NCBI GenBank assembly: GCA_035221665.1
Contig: CM069174.1
Location: 8,866,001 to 8,930,000, forward strand
Length of the DNA stretch: 64,000 nt
Source of the DNA: Okamejei kenojei
Lineage: Eukaryota
Reading direction: 5' to 3'
In this document: piece after piece, positions 1 to 10,648 of the stretch
How the letters are laid out: each line of letters opens with the position of its first letter
Position numbering within the stretch: position 1 is the first letter of the stretch
Notes under the pieces: generated by a model
Told to the model about the DNA's origin: nothing
Database searches by the model: none
The model's input: only the letters and a program-made list of their open reading frames with translations
Translations under genes and position numbers: made by a program

Positions 1-99
1 GCGGTTCCTCGCTTCGAACTACAAGAAGTATGTCTCCAATAGTGAGTAAATTCGAGATATCATATCGAAATGTCATCAGATTGTAACATCGGCCCTCTG

Positions 100-770
100 G
101 TCGTTTCTGCTGGCTGGCTTGCAGTGCAATTGACAGACGGTGTCCCCATCGACCCCACCAGCCTCCCGGTGCCCGCGCAAGGCGGCCCAGCCCCGCGGGG
201 AGGCTGGCACCTGGGCCGGGCCCGGCCTTGTAGGCCTCGGCCCCGACCCCGACTCGCAAACGGCTTCAGTGCTTGACCACCCGCTTCCCAGGGGGCGATG
301 GGGAGAGGGAAGGGTGGTCGAGACGGGAGGGCGAGGGCGAGACGGGGAGCGGGGCGGCGGCGGCGGCGGCGGCGGGAGGAAGCGGCGAGACGGGCCGACA
401 CTCACCATCTTCAACACGAGCCACAAAGAGGACCGGAAGCAGGCGCTCGCGCCTTTTATACCTCCGCGCTCAGGCCCCGCAACTGGCGGAAACAGCCCCC
501 AATGCCGCATCCAGCACCGGCATCACGGCAGCGGCTGCCCCGCCGCACTGACCCACCGTGGCGGCTGAACAGCGCTCCCGCCACTCGGCCCTTTCGGTCT
601 GTAAACACCGGGGACTACTTTATGCGGCGGACGGCGACGCCGCGGCGGGCCAGTGAAGCGGCCGCTACCCAGCGAGCAGCGCGCGCCAGCAGTGGTCACG
701 TGACGCGGGCTGTCACTCAGCGGGAGCTTTGGGTCACGTTGCGTCGAACGCCCCGCCTCCGTGTTGAAGG
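100..770. promoter_or_regulatory. CpG island promoter of a minus-strand housekeeping gene
   Basis: Very GC/CpG-rich against an AT-rich background. Minus-strand TATAAAA at 460-454, ETS/GABP-type CCGGAAG at 433-439, palindromic E-box GTCACGTGAC at 695-704, and a (GGC)n run at about 353-373. Confidence 0.85.
406..431 (-). CDS. RPS26: First exon (short 5'UTR plus ATG only) of a probable ribosomal protein gene, likely 40S protein S26
   Basis: Minus strand reads CCTCTTTGTGGCTCGTGTTGAAG-ATG|GTGAGT. The pyrimidine (TOP-like) start lies about 25-30 nt after the TATA box, and the ATG (408-406) is directly followed by a consensus donor (405-400). RPS26 has an ATG-only first coding exon and lies just downstream of IKZF4 on the same strand in mammals. 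No further coding sequence is visible, so identity rests on synteny and architecture. Confidence 0.62.
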
Positions 771-1264
771 CTCTTGAAGATGGAGCCCATCTTTGGTTTG
801 AGCAAAAATAGAATAAAGTGCACCGTAATCGTAGAGGCACACAGGTTGAGGAACTGTGTCAAGAGCCGTACCTACTAATAGTACATTAACATACAGGATG
901 GTCAAGAAGCCAGAGATGGATAAGAAATAGAACTGCAAGAGATTAGAGAAATAGGGAGGGAAACAATGTCATTTCTGTTGCCCTGATTTCCAAGGTGTTC
1001 TTTTCCCAAGGATGACAATGTTAACACTGAGATATTGCTTACAAGGGGGCTAACGTGGTGCTGGGGATGATGGGAGGTGATTCTGAGCACAAGTAAGGAC
1101 ACAGGGAGCTGGATGCGTTTAGGTTTGTGCTCTTGGTAAGGTGGTGGCAATGCGGCCAGAGTTCAAATCAGATGCCAAGTTTGCAGACAGTCTGGTTCAG
1201 TTTGAGACAGTGGTCAGGAACAGGAGCAGAATTAAATGGAGAGGGAATGGAATTTAAAATATAA

Positions 1265-1605
1265 ACAAAACTATTGGAAACACTCAGATCCAGGCTGAAT
1301 TCATGGAAAGGGAAATTGAGTTAGCATCTCTGGTCAATGATCCTACGTTTGAACTGGAAAAGTGAAAAAACAAATTAGTTTTAAGTTGCAGAAAGGGATA
1401 GATTGAACAAAACACATATCTCGGATAGGGCAAGGCAGGATTACAATGTATTCTACTGTTTACAGAACTGTCTGGACGATAGTTGAATGAGGGTAGTTTG
1501 AGAGAAAGAGAATAAAAAGGGACATAGAGAAGCTGCGAAACGCAGGTCAGAGTCATTGCTGAGGCCTTAAACCAAAAGTATTCTGAAAATGCCCAGCAGA
1601 TCAAG
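1265..1605 (-). mobile_element. Old degenerate Penelope-like element, terminal part
   Basis: 1270-1355 is a decayed version of the GGAGAAACTCAG...GCAGCATC...ACGTTTC...CAGAC terminus seen in younger copies, followed by purine-rich UTR-like sequence. Confidence 0.4.
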
Positions 1606-1617
1606 CAGTGTCTGAGG

Positions 1618-2222
1618 ATGAGCAGGGAGGTTCTACTTCAGTTGTACAGGGTCTTGATGAGACCACACCTGGAGTATTGCGTGCAGTTTTGGTCTCCAAA
1701 TCTGAGGAAGGACATTATTGCCATAGAGGGAGTGCAGAGAAGGTTCACCAGACTGATTCCTGGGATGTCAGGACTGTCTTATGAAGAAAGACTGGATAGA
1801 CTCGGTTTATACTCTCTGGAATTTAGGAGATTAAGAGGGGATCTTATAGAAACTTACAAAATTCTTAAGGGGTTGGACAGGCTAGATGCAGGAAGATTGT
1901 TCCCGATGTTGGGGAAGTCCAGGACAAGGGGTCACAGCTTAAGGATAAGGGGGGAATCCTTTTAAGACCGAGATGAGAAAGACTTTTTTCACATAGAGAG
2001 TGGTGAGTCTCTGGAACTCTCTGCCACAGAGGGTAGTTGAGGCCAGTTCATTGGCTATATTTAAGAGTGAGTTGGATGTGGCCCTTGTGGCTAAGGGGAT
2101 CAGAGGGTATGGAGAGAAGGCAGGTACGGGATACTGAGTTGGATGATCAGCCATGATCATATTGAATGGCGGTGCAGGCTCGAAGGGCTGAATGGCCTAC
2201 TCCTGCACCTAATTTCTATGAT
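1618..2222 (+). mobile_element. CR1-clade LINE (HER1-like), 5'-truncated: ORF2 C-terminus and 3'UTR
   Basis: ORF 1618-1965 (LYRVLMRPHLEYCVQFWSP...LEFRRLRGDLIETYKILKG) is the CR1 ORF2 C-terminus. Frameshift near 1960. Ends in the typical tail GGCTGAATGGCCTACTCCTGCACCTAATTTCTATG. Confidence 0.92.
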
Positions 2223-2284
2223 TCTACCGTTACAGATGAATGAACTTAATGGCAGAACTGGCTAGTTTCAATACAAACTAAATG

Positions 2285-2830
2285 CAAGTTATCTGAAATT
2301 GTTGAATTCAACATTGTCCCTAAGGCTACAACATGTCCATACAGATGAGATGCTGTTCTTCAAGCTTACGTTGGGCCTCATTAGATTAATGCAGGAGGCG
2401 ACAGAACCATGGTTCAGAAAGGGAGTGGGATATATAGAGTTAAAATTACAGGTAAATGGAAGCTCCAGGTTGTCTATGTGGACTGGACAGAGAGGTCCTG
2501 CAGAGGAGCCACCCAATCTGTATTCAGGTTCTCCAAGGCATAGGAGGCCACACTGTGAACATTGAATGCAGTGCACTGGGCTGGAAGAAATACAGGCAAA
2601 TCACTGCTTTACTGAGAAGGACTGTTTATGTCCTTGGCTGGTGGGAAGGGAAAGGATAGGTGTTGGATGGCAGTTACAAATGACAGTGCAATAAAGGGAA
2701 GCGTTTCATGGTGATGAAAGAGTGGACTACGTAATTGTGAAGGGAAATGTCCATAGGGAATGCTATAAAGGGAGCAGAGGGGGAGAGAGGCAAGGGGAGG
2801 GAAAGATACACCTAGTGGTAAAACCTTGTT
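2285..2830 (-). mobile_element. Old degenerate Penelope-like GIY-YIG region
   Basis: 2293-2560 resembles the younger minus-strand PLE at 55750-56060 (CTGAAATT...GAGATGCTGTTCTTCAAG...GGGAGTGGG) with many substitutions. Confidence 0.5.
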
Positions 2831-2859
2831 AAAGTTAGCAGAAATTATGAGGCTCAAGC

Positions 2860-3430
2860 TAAACTCAATTGGCTGCATTTGCCCAGGTTACGTCGTCTTT
2901 CAGCCCGAAACTAGATTCCTGAAATAGACGCTCTATTCTGAGCGCCATGAAGGAAATTACCAGGCAAATTGAGTAAAAAAAAACAAGGATTTGTTCAAAA
3001 CGTCCTTGAAAAGTGTCAACATCCCCACCGACTGCTGGGAACCTCTGGGCCAAGATCGCTCAAAAGTCAAGGAGCACTTGGGGTTCCACGAACATCTGGC
3101 CTATGAACAGAGGCAGGCAGACAGTCATTTGGGGAGGCCACAGAGCACATCTTACTCCAAAACCCTTCCTCTTGTTGGAAAATGGTGGAGGTGAGCGCAT
3201 CTGAGTTATCCAGCCCGAGCCTAGATCACACCACTGTGAAGCTTGCAGAAGCCCCATGTAAAGGGCAAATGCAGCACAGCAATTTGCAAACTACCCCCCC
3301 CCCCCAAAAAAAATTAAATAAATTCAGGCATCTTGTGCCCGACATGTGGAACTGTCTGTGGTCCCCACAATGACCTCATCAGATACTCCACAACCAAAAT
3401 CCTCAGTCCTAAAGTAAGGCATAAGACAAA
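2860..3430 (+). mobile_element. RTE-clade LINE 3' fragment (decayed)
   Basis: Fragmentary translation ...KTSLKSVNIPTDCWEPLGQDRSK... resembles the RTE ORF C-terminus (LKASLKxCNIPTDxWExLAxDRSKWR). Frameshifts and stops present. Confidence 0.6.
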
Positions 3431-3945
3431 GGCATAGTGGTTTATATGTCAAACAAGAACATACTTGTCATTTTATATATAGCAACTCGTGTATCTTATG
3501 AAACAGGGCCCTCTGGAGGCAACACTAAAAATAACCAAGTTGGACAGGCCATTGTCACACTGCAAGAACACAGATGAATCTTCCTCAACGGTGCCATATC
3601 ACAGTGTAAACACTCAGTGAAACAACAGCCGACAAAACTGTGGCTGTGCGACCCACCTGTTGGGGATAAAGCTCGCTCGTGTCAAAAAATACAATAAGCT
3701 ACTTCCGCAGGCTGACACCTGGGAGTTTCTGTGTTTTGTACCGTGCAGGCCAGCTCCCAATGCAGTGTGGCTCTTCTTCCAAAACAAGAAGAAATAAAGC
3801 CAAAGGCCATAAAAGTGACAAACCCTTTGAGCAGCTCTTACAGAAGCACAGTGCTATTTCCTGTTTTTCCCTCTACCTCTGGTGAAAGGCCATTGATCCA
3901 AAACAAACTATTTTTCTCTCTGCAAAGTGCAGGTGAAACTTTGTA

Positions 3946-4219
3946 GGTAGACAAAAGTGCTGGAGAAACTCAGCGAGTGCATCTATGGAGCAAAGGAAAT
4001 AGGCAACGTTTTGGGCCAAAACCCTTCTTCAGACTGATGTAGGGTGGGGTGGGGGGGGGGGGGGGGGGGGGGAGAAGAAAGGAGAAAGGAAGAGGAGGAA
4101 CCCGAGGGCTGAGGGAGAGCTGAGAAGGGGAGGAGACAGCAAGGGCTACCGGAAATTGGAGAAGTCAATGTTTATGCCGCTAGGGTGCAAACTGCCCAAG
4201 CGGAATATGAGGTGCTGCC
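3946..4219 (-). mobile_element. Penelope-like element 3' end with 12-bp TSD
   Basis: Reverse complement of 5080-5340. TSD TGAAACTTTGTA at 3934-3945 and 4220-4231. Hammerhead-like core with GAAA mutated to AAAA. Confidence 0.85.
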
Positions 4220-4231
4220 TGAAACTTTGTA

Positions 4232-4615
4232 TCAGGCAGCATCTGTGGAGGGAAATGGACACTCAACATTTTGGGTCAGGACCCTTCTTCAGACTGATTG
4301 GAGTATGGGTGGGGGTGGGGGGGGGGGGGGGGGGGGGAGGGCGAGGTGTGCAGCTGGAAGTGAGGAGATGGGGGTGTGACAAAGCCTGGCAAGCGATAGG
4401 TGGATACAGGTGAGGGGAGGATGGATTGGCAGATGGGTGGAGTCAGTGACAAAAGGCTGAAGATGAAAAGGAAACAAAAGGGTGTCAGATAAGGAGAGAA
4501 GAGGTGGAATGAAATGTAAAGCCAGAGGGGAGGGGGATATAGATGGAAGAGGATAGGTTTCTCTCTCCAGAGACAACCTGACCCATTGACCATCTCCAGT
4601 ATTTTTGGTTCTATT
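4232..4615 (-). mobile_element. Older Penelope-like 3'UTR/terminus fragment
   Basis: CAGGCAGCATCTGTGGAG...ACCCTTCTTCAGACTGATTG followed by purine-rich UTR. Same family as 43960-44305 in the opposite orientation. Confidence 0.65.
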
Positions 4616-4819
4616 TCACCATCCCTGGCATCACTATATATTTCTATTTAGATAGGAACCATTTGCAAACGCATTGGTTGTCTGTGGAAGAGAAAATGTA
4701 GTGTTCCCTGTATATGCATTATGTCCAGATTATACCGAAACATATTCCATTCTGTGCTTGTTGATAGCATTCATACAAAAAGTGTGCATGGGAATAAAAC
4801 AAGTTCGTAAGTCACGGGA

Positions 4820-5340
4820 ATGGGTGCGGCAGAGGTTCACCTGCACCTCCTCCAACCTCATCTATTGCATCCGCTGCTCTAGATGTCAGCTGATCTACAT
4901 CGGTGAGACCAAGTGTAGGCTTGGCGATCGTTTCGCCGAGCACCTCCGCTCGGTCCGCATTAACCAACCTCATCTCCCTGTGGCTCAGCACTTCAACTCC
5001 CCCTCCCATTCCGAATCCGGCCTTTCTGTCCTGGGCCTCCTCCATGGCCAGAGTGATCACCACCGGAAATTGGAGGAGCAGCAACTCATATTCCGCTTGG
5101 GCAGTCTGCACCCTAGTGGCATAAACATTGACCTCCAATTTCCGGTAGCCCTTGCTGTCTCCTCCCCTTCCCAGCTCTCCCTCAGCCCTCTGGCTCCTCT
5201 TCCTTTCTTCTTCCCGCCCCCCCCCCCCCCCCCCCCCCCGCATCAGTCTGAAGAAAGGTTTTGGCCCGAAACGTTGCCCATTTCCTTCGCTCTATAGATG
5301 CTGCCGCACCCACTGAGTTTCTCCAGCATTTTTGTCTACC
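4820..5340 (+). mobile_element. Penelope-like element: GIY-YIG endonuclease C-terminus and 3' terminus
   Basis: Translation RFTCTSSNLIYCIRCSRCQLIYIGETKCRLGDRFAEHLRSVR...LEEQQLIFRLGSLHPSGINID is a PLE GIY-YIG domain. Near-TSD TCGTAAGTCACGGGA (4805-4819) / TCATAAGTCATGGGA (5341-5355) differs by two CpG-type transitions. Confidence 0.9.
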
Positions 5341-5495
5341 TCATAAGTCATGGGAGCAGATTTAAGCCATTCGGCCCACTCCTCCATTCAATCATGGCTG
5401 ATCTATTTTTCCCTCTCAACCTTATTCTCTTGCCTTCTCCCCATAACTTTTGACACCCTTTCTAATCAAGCATCTGTCATCTTCACTTTAAAAAA
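5341..5495 (-). mobile_element. CR1 LINE 3' tail fragment
   Basis: CATAAGTCATGGGAGCAGATTTAAGCCATTCGGCCC...CATTCAATCATGGCTGATC is the reverse complement of a CR1 tail like that at 2100-2220. Confidence 0.75.
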
Positions 5496-5839
5496 AAACA
5501 TAAGTAAATGGAAGAGGCAGTTAGTGCTGCTAATTTGATGGTATATGGAGCAAAAGGAAACATTTCTAGTCAGCAGCAAGCAGTCACATAAAACTGATCA
5601 AACTACTTTACATTTTCAAACTCTGGAGGCCAGTACCAGTAACATCACAAGTATACCAAAATAGTTTCAAACTATTTCCAGCAGAATTATTCTTCACTTA
5701 GTGCAGACAGTTAACATTGAAAACACCCCTGAGAGACAAGAGTGAGAAATGTAAATCACAGCGCTTATACACACTAAATGTGTGAAAGTGCATAAACCAC
5801 TTGAAGTCGGGTTTTCTACAACTGTAACATCCAGGCTTG

Positions 5840-6565
5840 ATAATTGTTAAAGTACATGTGCTGCAAAGGGGCCAGGAAATGCCCATCATCAACAAGGCGA
5901 TCACTAATTACGTACCCTTGACCTTTAACCATCATTAAACCTTCCATGATCCCCTTCAATTCCAGACCCCCACAAAATCCCTTCCACAAGGCACATCAGT
6001 AGAACAAAAAAAAATCTTCATTTGCATTGGTACATGCAGGTCCAAATATCCACAATGCCATCCAGGACACACTAGCATGCTTAAATAGCACCTCATTCAC
6101 CTGGCTAAATATTCATTACCTCAACTATCGGAAAATACTGTTTGCAATGTGCACCATCTATAGAATGCATTGCAGAGACTCACTGTGAACAGAAGAAATA
6201 AACAAGGAAGAACATCATGCCTGCTCTGATCATGGTTGAGCTTATGGCCTCTGTGCCACATATCCCAAGTTCTCTTTGGTATCTAAAAATATTCAAGCCT
6301 TCTGAGACAACACCTGCCAAACCCAAGGCTTGTTCCCTCTGGCTGACACACAGGAACACCACCAACAGCAGGCTCTCCTCCAAATTGGACACAATGTTGA
6401 CTTGTTCTTTCACCGTCACAGGGGTCAAAATCCTGGAGATCCCTACTCAATGTACTGTGGGACTGCACAACTTCAATTCAGTGCATCATCACTACTTTCT
6501 GATGGGCAATTAGAGATGGGAATGGATGCTGACCTTCCCAATGCCCACATCCCATAAAAATAAAA
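5840..6565 (+). mobile_element. Old LINE (CR1/L2-group) 3' fragment
   Basis: Shares blocks (CATCCAGGAC, GTGCACCATCTA...ATGCATTGCAG, CAGGAACACCACC) with a second decayed copy at 13945-14340. Ends ...GCCCACATCCCATAAAAATAAA. Confidence 0.55.
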
Positions 6566-8689
6566 CCAAGTACATATACATGTTAAAAATCTAATACGGA
6601 AAGAAGAGGAATACAAAGACTTCATAATGTGAACAACATTTTTTGAGAGAAAATAATGAAATTAAAGAATTTAATTTTAATTAAGTTTGTAAAGCATTAA
6701 CTCATTTGTTTAACTGCTAATCCTGTTGCCTTTCAGTAGTAATTGTCATTGAATTTTGCAGTATAGAAACGGGACTTTGGCAACTTTTATATTCAATGCC
6801 CCAGCCTATGAAGACAAGCATACCATGTGCTTTCTTCACCACTCTATCTACTTATGTTACCAAATTCACAGGACTGTCGACTTGAAGCCGAAGGTTCCTT
6901 TGTTCATCAGCATTTCTTATCACTTTACTGAATATATCTGAGTTACTCCAGCACTTTGTTATTCATCTGTGACTAAACCATTGTCTGCTGCAAGATTATT
7001 ATGCTGCAATTAAACAGAGCCAAGTACCAAAGTACAATACAACACATTTAAAAAATCAAATCGGTTTCACTTCATCTCTATTTTTTTTAAATGGATCAAC
7101 ATAATTACAAGAAGGAAATAAAAGGTTTCTAAACTTACATAGTTTATATAAGGTGCATTTATTCTTTCACCATAGTTTACATATAATTTTTTGAGCTTTA
7201 AGAAAAATAAAACTTTCATTCATTTCAGATTTTAAGCCTACGTGAGTAAGTATGCACAATTTAATCAACCTTCTGTTTTTGTACCTATTGTTCAACTGGT
7301 AACTAAATGGTGTATGGTAGATGTGGTCCCATTTTGGGCCCCAGTCTATGGGATAAGTTCAGCTTGAGTTTGAGTTTCTGATGGCACTCCAGTGTTCCTT
7401 ACTGCCAAGTATATGTTTGCAAAAAACTGCATAATGACTAGTTGGGACAGACCTACGACACCTTTCAGGCACTCAATGAATGACTATCGAGGCAAGGTAT
7501 CCAAGGACAGTAGACGCCCAAACCACATCTCATGACCACTATCCTTCAAGAAAGAAACCAGAACATAATATACAATCTAATTATTGCCATTCTTACTCTC
7601 GCAAAAAAAAAAAAAAATTAATGTTCAAAAGTCTAAGATGTTTCTTCCCAAACTTGGGTTACTGTATAGTGATCAGCAGTAGAAACTCTGTTTATTAGTC
7701 CAGCTCCCTGAAATGAACCAATGACATTTCCCTGATTGCTATCCCAAGGTCAGTTCATTCAGGAGGCAGAACTGAACCTGGCACCTGCCTGATCTGGACC
7801 CATCACATATTGTAGCTCTTTAATTATCTCGAACATAATGAACGGAGTCAAGGTATTATTTTTCAGTTCTCGATGTACTGCAGCTTTTGAAAAAATTCCT
7901 CCCCAAAAATCGGTCAGACACTTGTGCAAAAACAGTTAATTGACAATAATACCTGCAATAATAACTGCTGCGGTAACTACTTGGTGCTTTTCATTTTTGG
8001 TGAGAAGAGTGCATATTATGTACTAGGATTGGGTGGAAATGTCAAACTTAGATAAATATCGTGATAAGTTGAAACCAGCCACCACATCAATGAGCCAGTT
8101 TGAACATTATGGTCTGGTGTACGCAGGGGTAAGTAAAGATTCAGGTTGCACACATCCAACTGCAATAACAGATGTTAATCAACCACCCTACCGCAAGTGT
8201 TCATGTGTATTTCTGTGTAAATCAGTTTGAAATTTGGCTCGCTGGGCTTTCAATTAACCTTTTCAAGCCCTTTGCTAATCCACCAAATCTTCTAAAACTC
8301 AGCAAATGCATCATAAAATCCCACATCTTGGAAGGATCGCCACACAATATACTTTAGTGTTTTAAATTAAGGCTTTGTGCTGTTGTTACCTCTTTGATGG
8401 TGAAGAATGCAAGTCTTGTTTAGTCATGACCCAAAAGCTTGTTCCTTCCACAATCCACTCCAGCGTGGAATTGATCCAACCGATTTTATCTCGCAAGGAT
8501 TAAATCTGTGATTCTTCTGGTTTAGTGCCCCAAAATTACCCAACCGAGTAACAAGGTTTTTAATTAAAATGTTATTAAAAAACATGATGTTAAAGTAACA
8601 CTTAAATCACTCCACCCCCTTGTACTTTCTTTTTGGAGAATGATTGAAATGTGAGATGTCCTTAAAACTCATGTCTTTCATTACATTAA

Positions 8690-8800
8690 AAAACAAAGTT
8701 CTGGAGTAACTCAGCTGGTCATGCAGCATCTCTAGAGAATATGGACAGGTCTTGTTTCGGGTCAGGAGCTTTCTTCTGATGGCACTCTTCTGACTGATTG
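8690..8800 (-). mobile_element. Short PLE-terminus-derived element
   Basis: CTGGAGTAACTCAGCTGGTCATGCAGCATCTCTAGAG...GTTTCGGGTC matches the family consensus. Confidence 0.7.
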
Positions 8801-9894
8801 TCTTTCATTATAGAGAGACCACACTTCATTGATAAATTGTAAGCCATAAGGAAAAAAATCAAAGCCTTATTTTAATCAAGGCAAGATTTGTAATTATACT
8901 AAACTGGCATTTGGGCAACTTGTGCTTGGATAGGTTTTTTCTTTAAATAAACCATCCAAATCCAAAGCAGACACATTAGTTCAATGTATATTTGAGATTC
9001 TTCTACACTACTATGTCATTCATGCCAAGTTAACTGAAGTTGGACTGAAGTTCTGCATCAATTTATCAGTCTCATTTATTCCTTTTCTTGCCAGATCCTT
9101 CAATTGCTTCAGTCTGGACTGGATGCAAAATGTTCTCAAGAGAGTAATCGTCTTCTGCATTAGAACCCAAGACTGCAAATGTCAATTTGGTGATAGTGCT
9201 GGTGATGGCCCCCCAGATTATCCTTTTCCATTTACAAGGTTTAAGGTGATGTGGAGTTGGAAGTGACAGGAATTGATCCACTGCCAAGCCTACAACAGAT
9301 AGGATTCAACAGGGTGATCTTTATGCTCATCAAGGTGGTGGTCATCATGGGTGAAAAAAGGAATGACCTATTTTCGACATTGTCAGATAACTCGGTGATG
9401 TGTTTTTCACAAAAAATAAGGTAATTTGTGCTTTGTCCAATTATATCTGTCAAGCACCTTGTTCAAGTTGACTATTTTTACAACTGCCGTTGAATTGAAA
9501 TGGTCAGTTCATCAGCTATTTTGTGCTGCAGACTCACTAGAAACTAGACTGGTGCTGAACAAACTTCATTTCTGGGTTTACACCAGCAGGGAAGACATTA
9601 AATGTGTGTGAAGCTAAATTCCAAGTTCAAGTTTAATGTGTGTCAAACTGAATCAGTACAAAGCTCACGATTCCTTATTCTCACAAGCGTACACTGAAGA
9701 TTACATTTAAAATATCAACACAAATTCAAATTTGGGCTAAAATTTATTAAAATAAATGCAGAAATGCATGCTGTATTGTAATTATTTGTTATAGCTTTCT
9801 CAATCATACTGCATTAGGTGCAATTATGTTGAGGGAGGATTCATTTGAACCAAAACATGTAATATAGGCTGGTTTTCTCCCAACATGACAGCAT

Positions 9895-10470
9895 GAGGTT
9901 CAATGGCAAAACTCCTAAGTCAGAAACCTTCCAGTTAAATCTCATCCCCATTTCAAGCACATTATCTAAGACAAGTTGAGTTTGGTATTGCGGAAGTGCT
10001 GCAGAGTTAGAGATGGCATTTTTTAGATGAGTTGTTACACGTACTGCAATCTTAGGTGGACATAAAAGGTTCCACAGGTTTATCTGGAGCGTGGAGAAAT
10101 TCTCCTCAGTGTCCTGGTTAACATTCTATTATCGACACTATCAAAACCAAATTAACTAGCAATCTCATTTGCAGTTTGTGGTACCTTGTGCGCAAAATGC
10201 GAACTGCATTTGCCTGCAAGAGGGAATGCTCCCAAAGCATTTCAGTCTGTGTGAAGCAAATTGAATGTTTCTAAGAGGCACCATTAAGCGCTATGTAAAT
10301 GCAAGAAATTCCCTTACCCAATATAAACGGTATACTTTATCTCATTGCGGGCCTTGTGCGCATATTGGCAGCCGCATTTGCCTGTGTGCCAACACTGATT
10401 ATGCTACAAAATGTGTGAAATGCTTTGCCACTTGCTGGGATGTGAAACGCACCGTGTATGAGAGATCTTT
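9895..10470 (+). mobile_element. Ancient Deu-domain SINE (SacSINE1/AmnSINE1-like) plus a second 3' portion
   Basis: Colinear decayed blocks GAAGTGCTGCA...GATGAG..GTTA...AGGTGGACATAAAAG.TTCC...GTGTCCTGG...TTTGTGG.ACCTTGTGCGCAAAAT...GCGCTATGTAAATGCAAG match the remembered Deu-SINE consensus. The 3' part recurs at 10335-10470. Confidence 0.7.
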
Positions 10471-10642
10471 ATTAGATTGTTCAAGTTTTTTTTTTAAAAA
10501 GCTTCCTTGCAATTATGGCACATATGTGGATATCTATCCGGCAATGTTTATACAAAATAATGTGATTACAGAGCACCAAGTCACCAGTGTTGTGTAATTT
10601 TGAAAATAACCAACTTGTCAACGGGTTCCTGAGTTTCTCAAG

Positions 10643-10648
10643 TTTATT
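10643..10648 (-). terminator. Candidate distal poly(A) signal of IKZF4
   Basis: Minus-strand AATAAA ending an AT/TGTA-rich UTR-like stretch (10650-11560), with GT-rich sequence downstream. Confidence 0.5.

Noticed and set aside
1-30. Possible acceptor (CTTCTTGTAG|TTCGAAGCG, minus strand) as exon 2 of the left gene
   Set aside because: It would give M-F-E-A-R-N-R, not the RPS26 start, and the window edge prevents evaluation. It is treated as intronic, but it is one reason the RPS26 call is only moderate.
60-840. Many overlapping Arg/Gly/Pro-rich ORFs
   Set aside because: Typical by-product of a GC-rich CpG island and (GGC)n run; no recognisable domain.
4042-4340. Long poly-G tracts as functional G-quadruplexes (also near 17700, 37981, 52312)
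   Set aside because: The tracts here are variable homopolymers inside PLE UTRs and the others are isolated runs; lengths may also reflect sequencing or assembly error.
4674-5297. 207-aa ORF (and 55748-56218) as a host nuclease gene
   Set aside because: These are 5'-truncated Penelope GIY-YIG fragments bounded by TSDs, with ORF starts in unrelated flanking DNA.
3946-5340. Single large TIR transposon
   Set aside because: Each inverted arm has its own TSD, so they are independent retroelement insertions.
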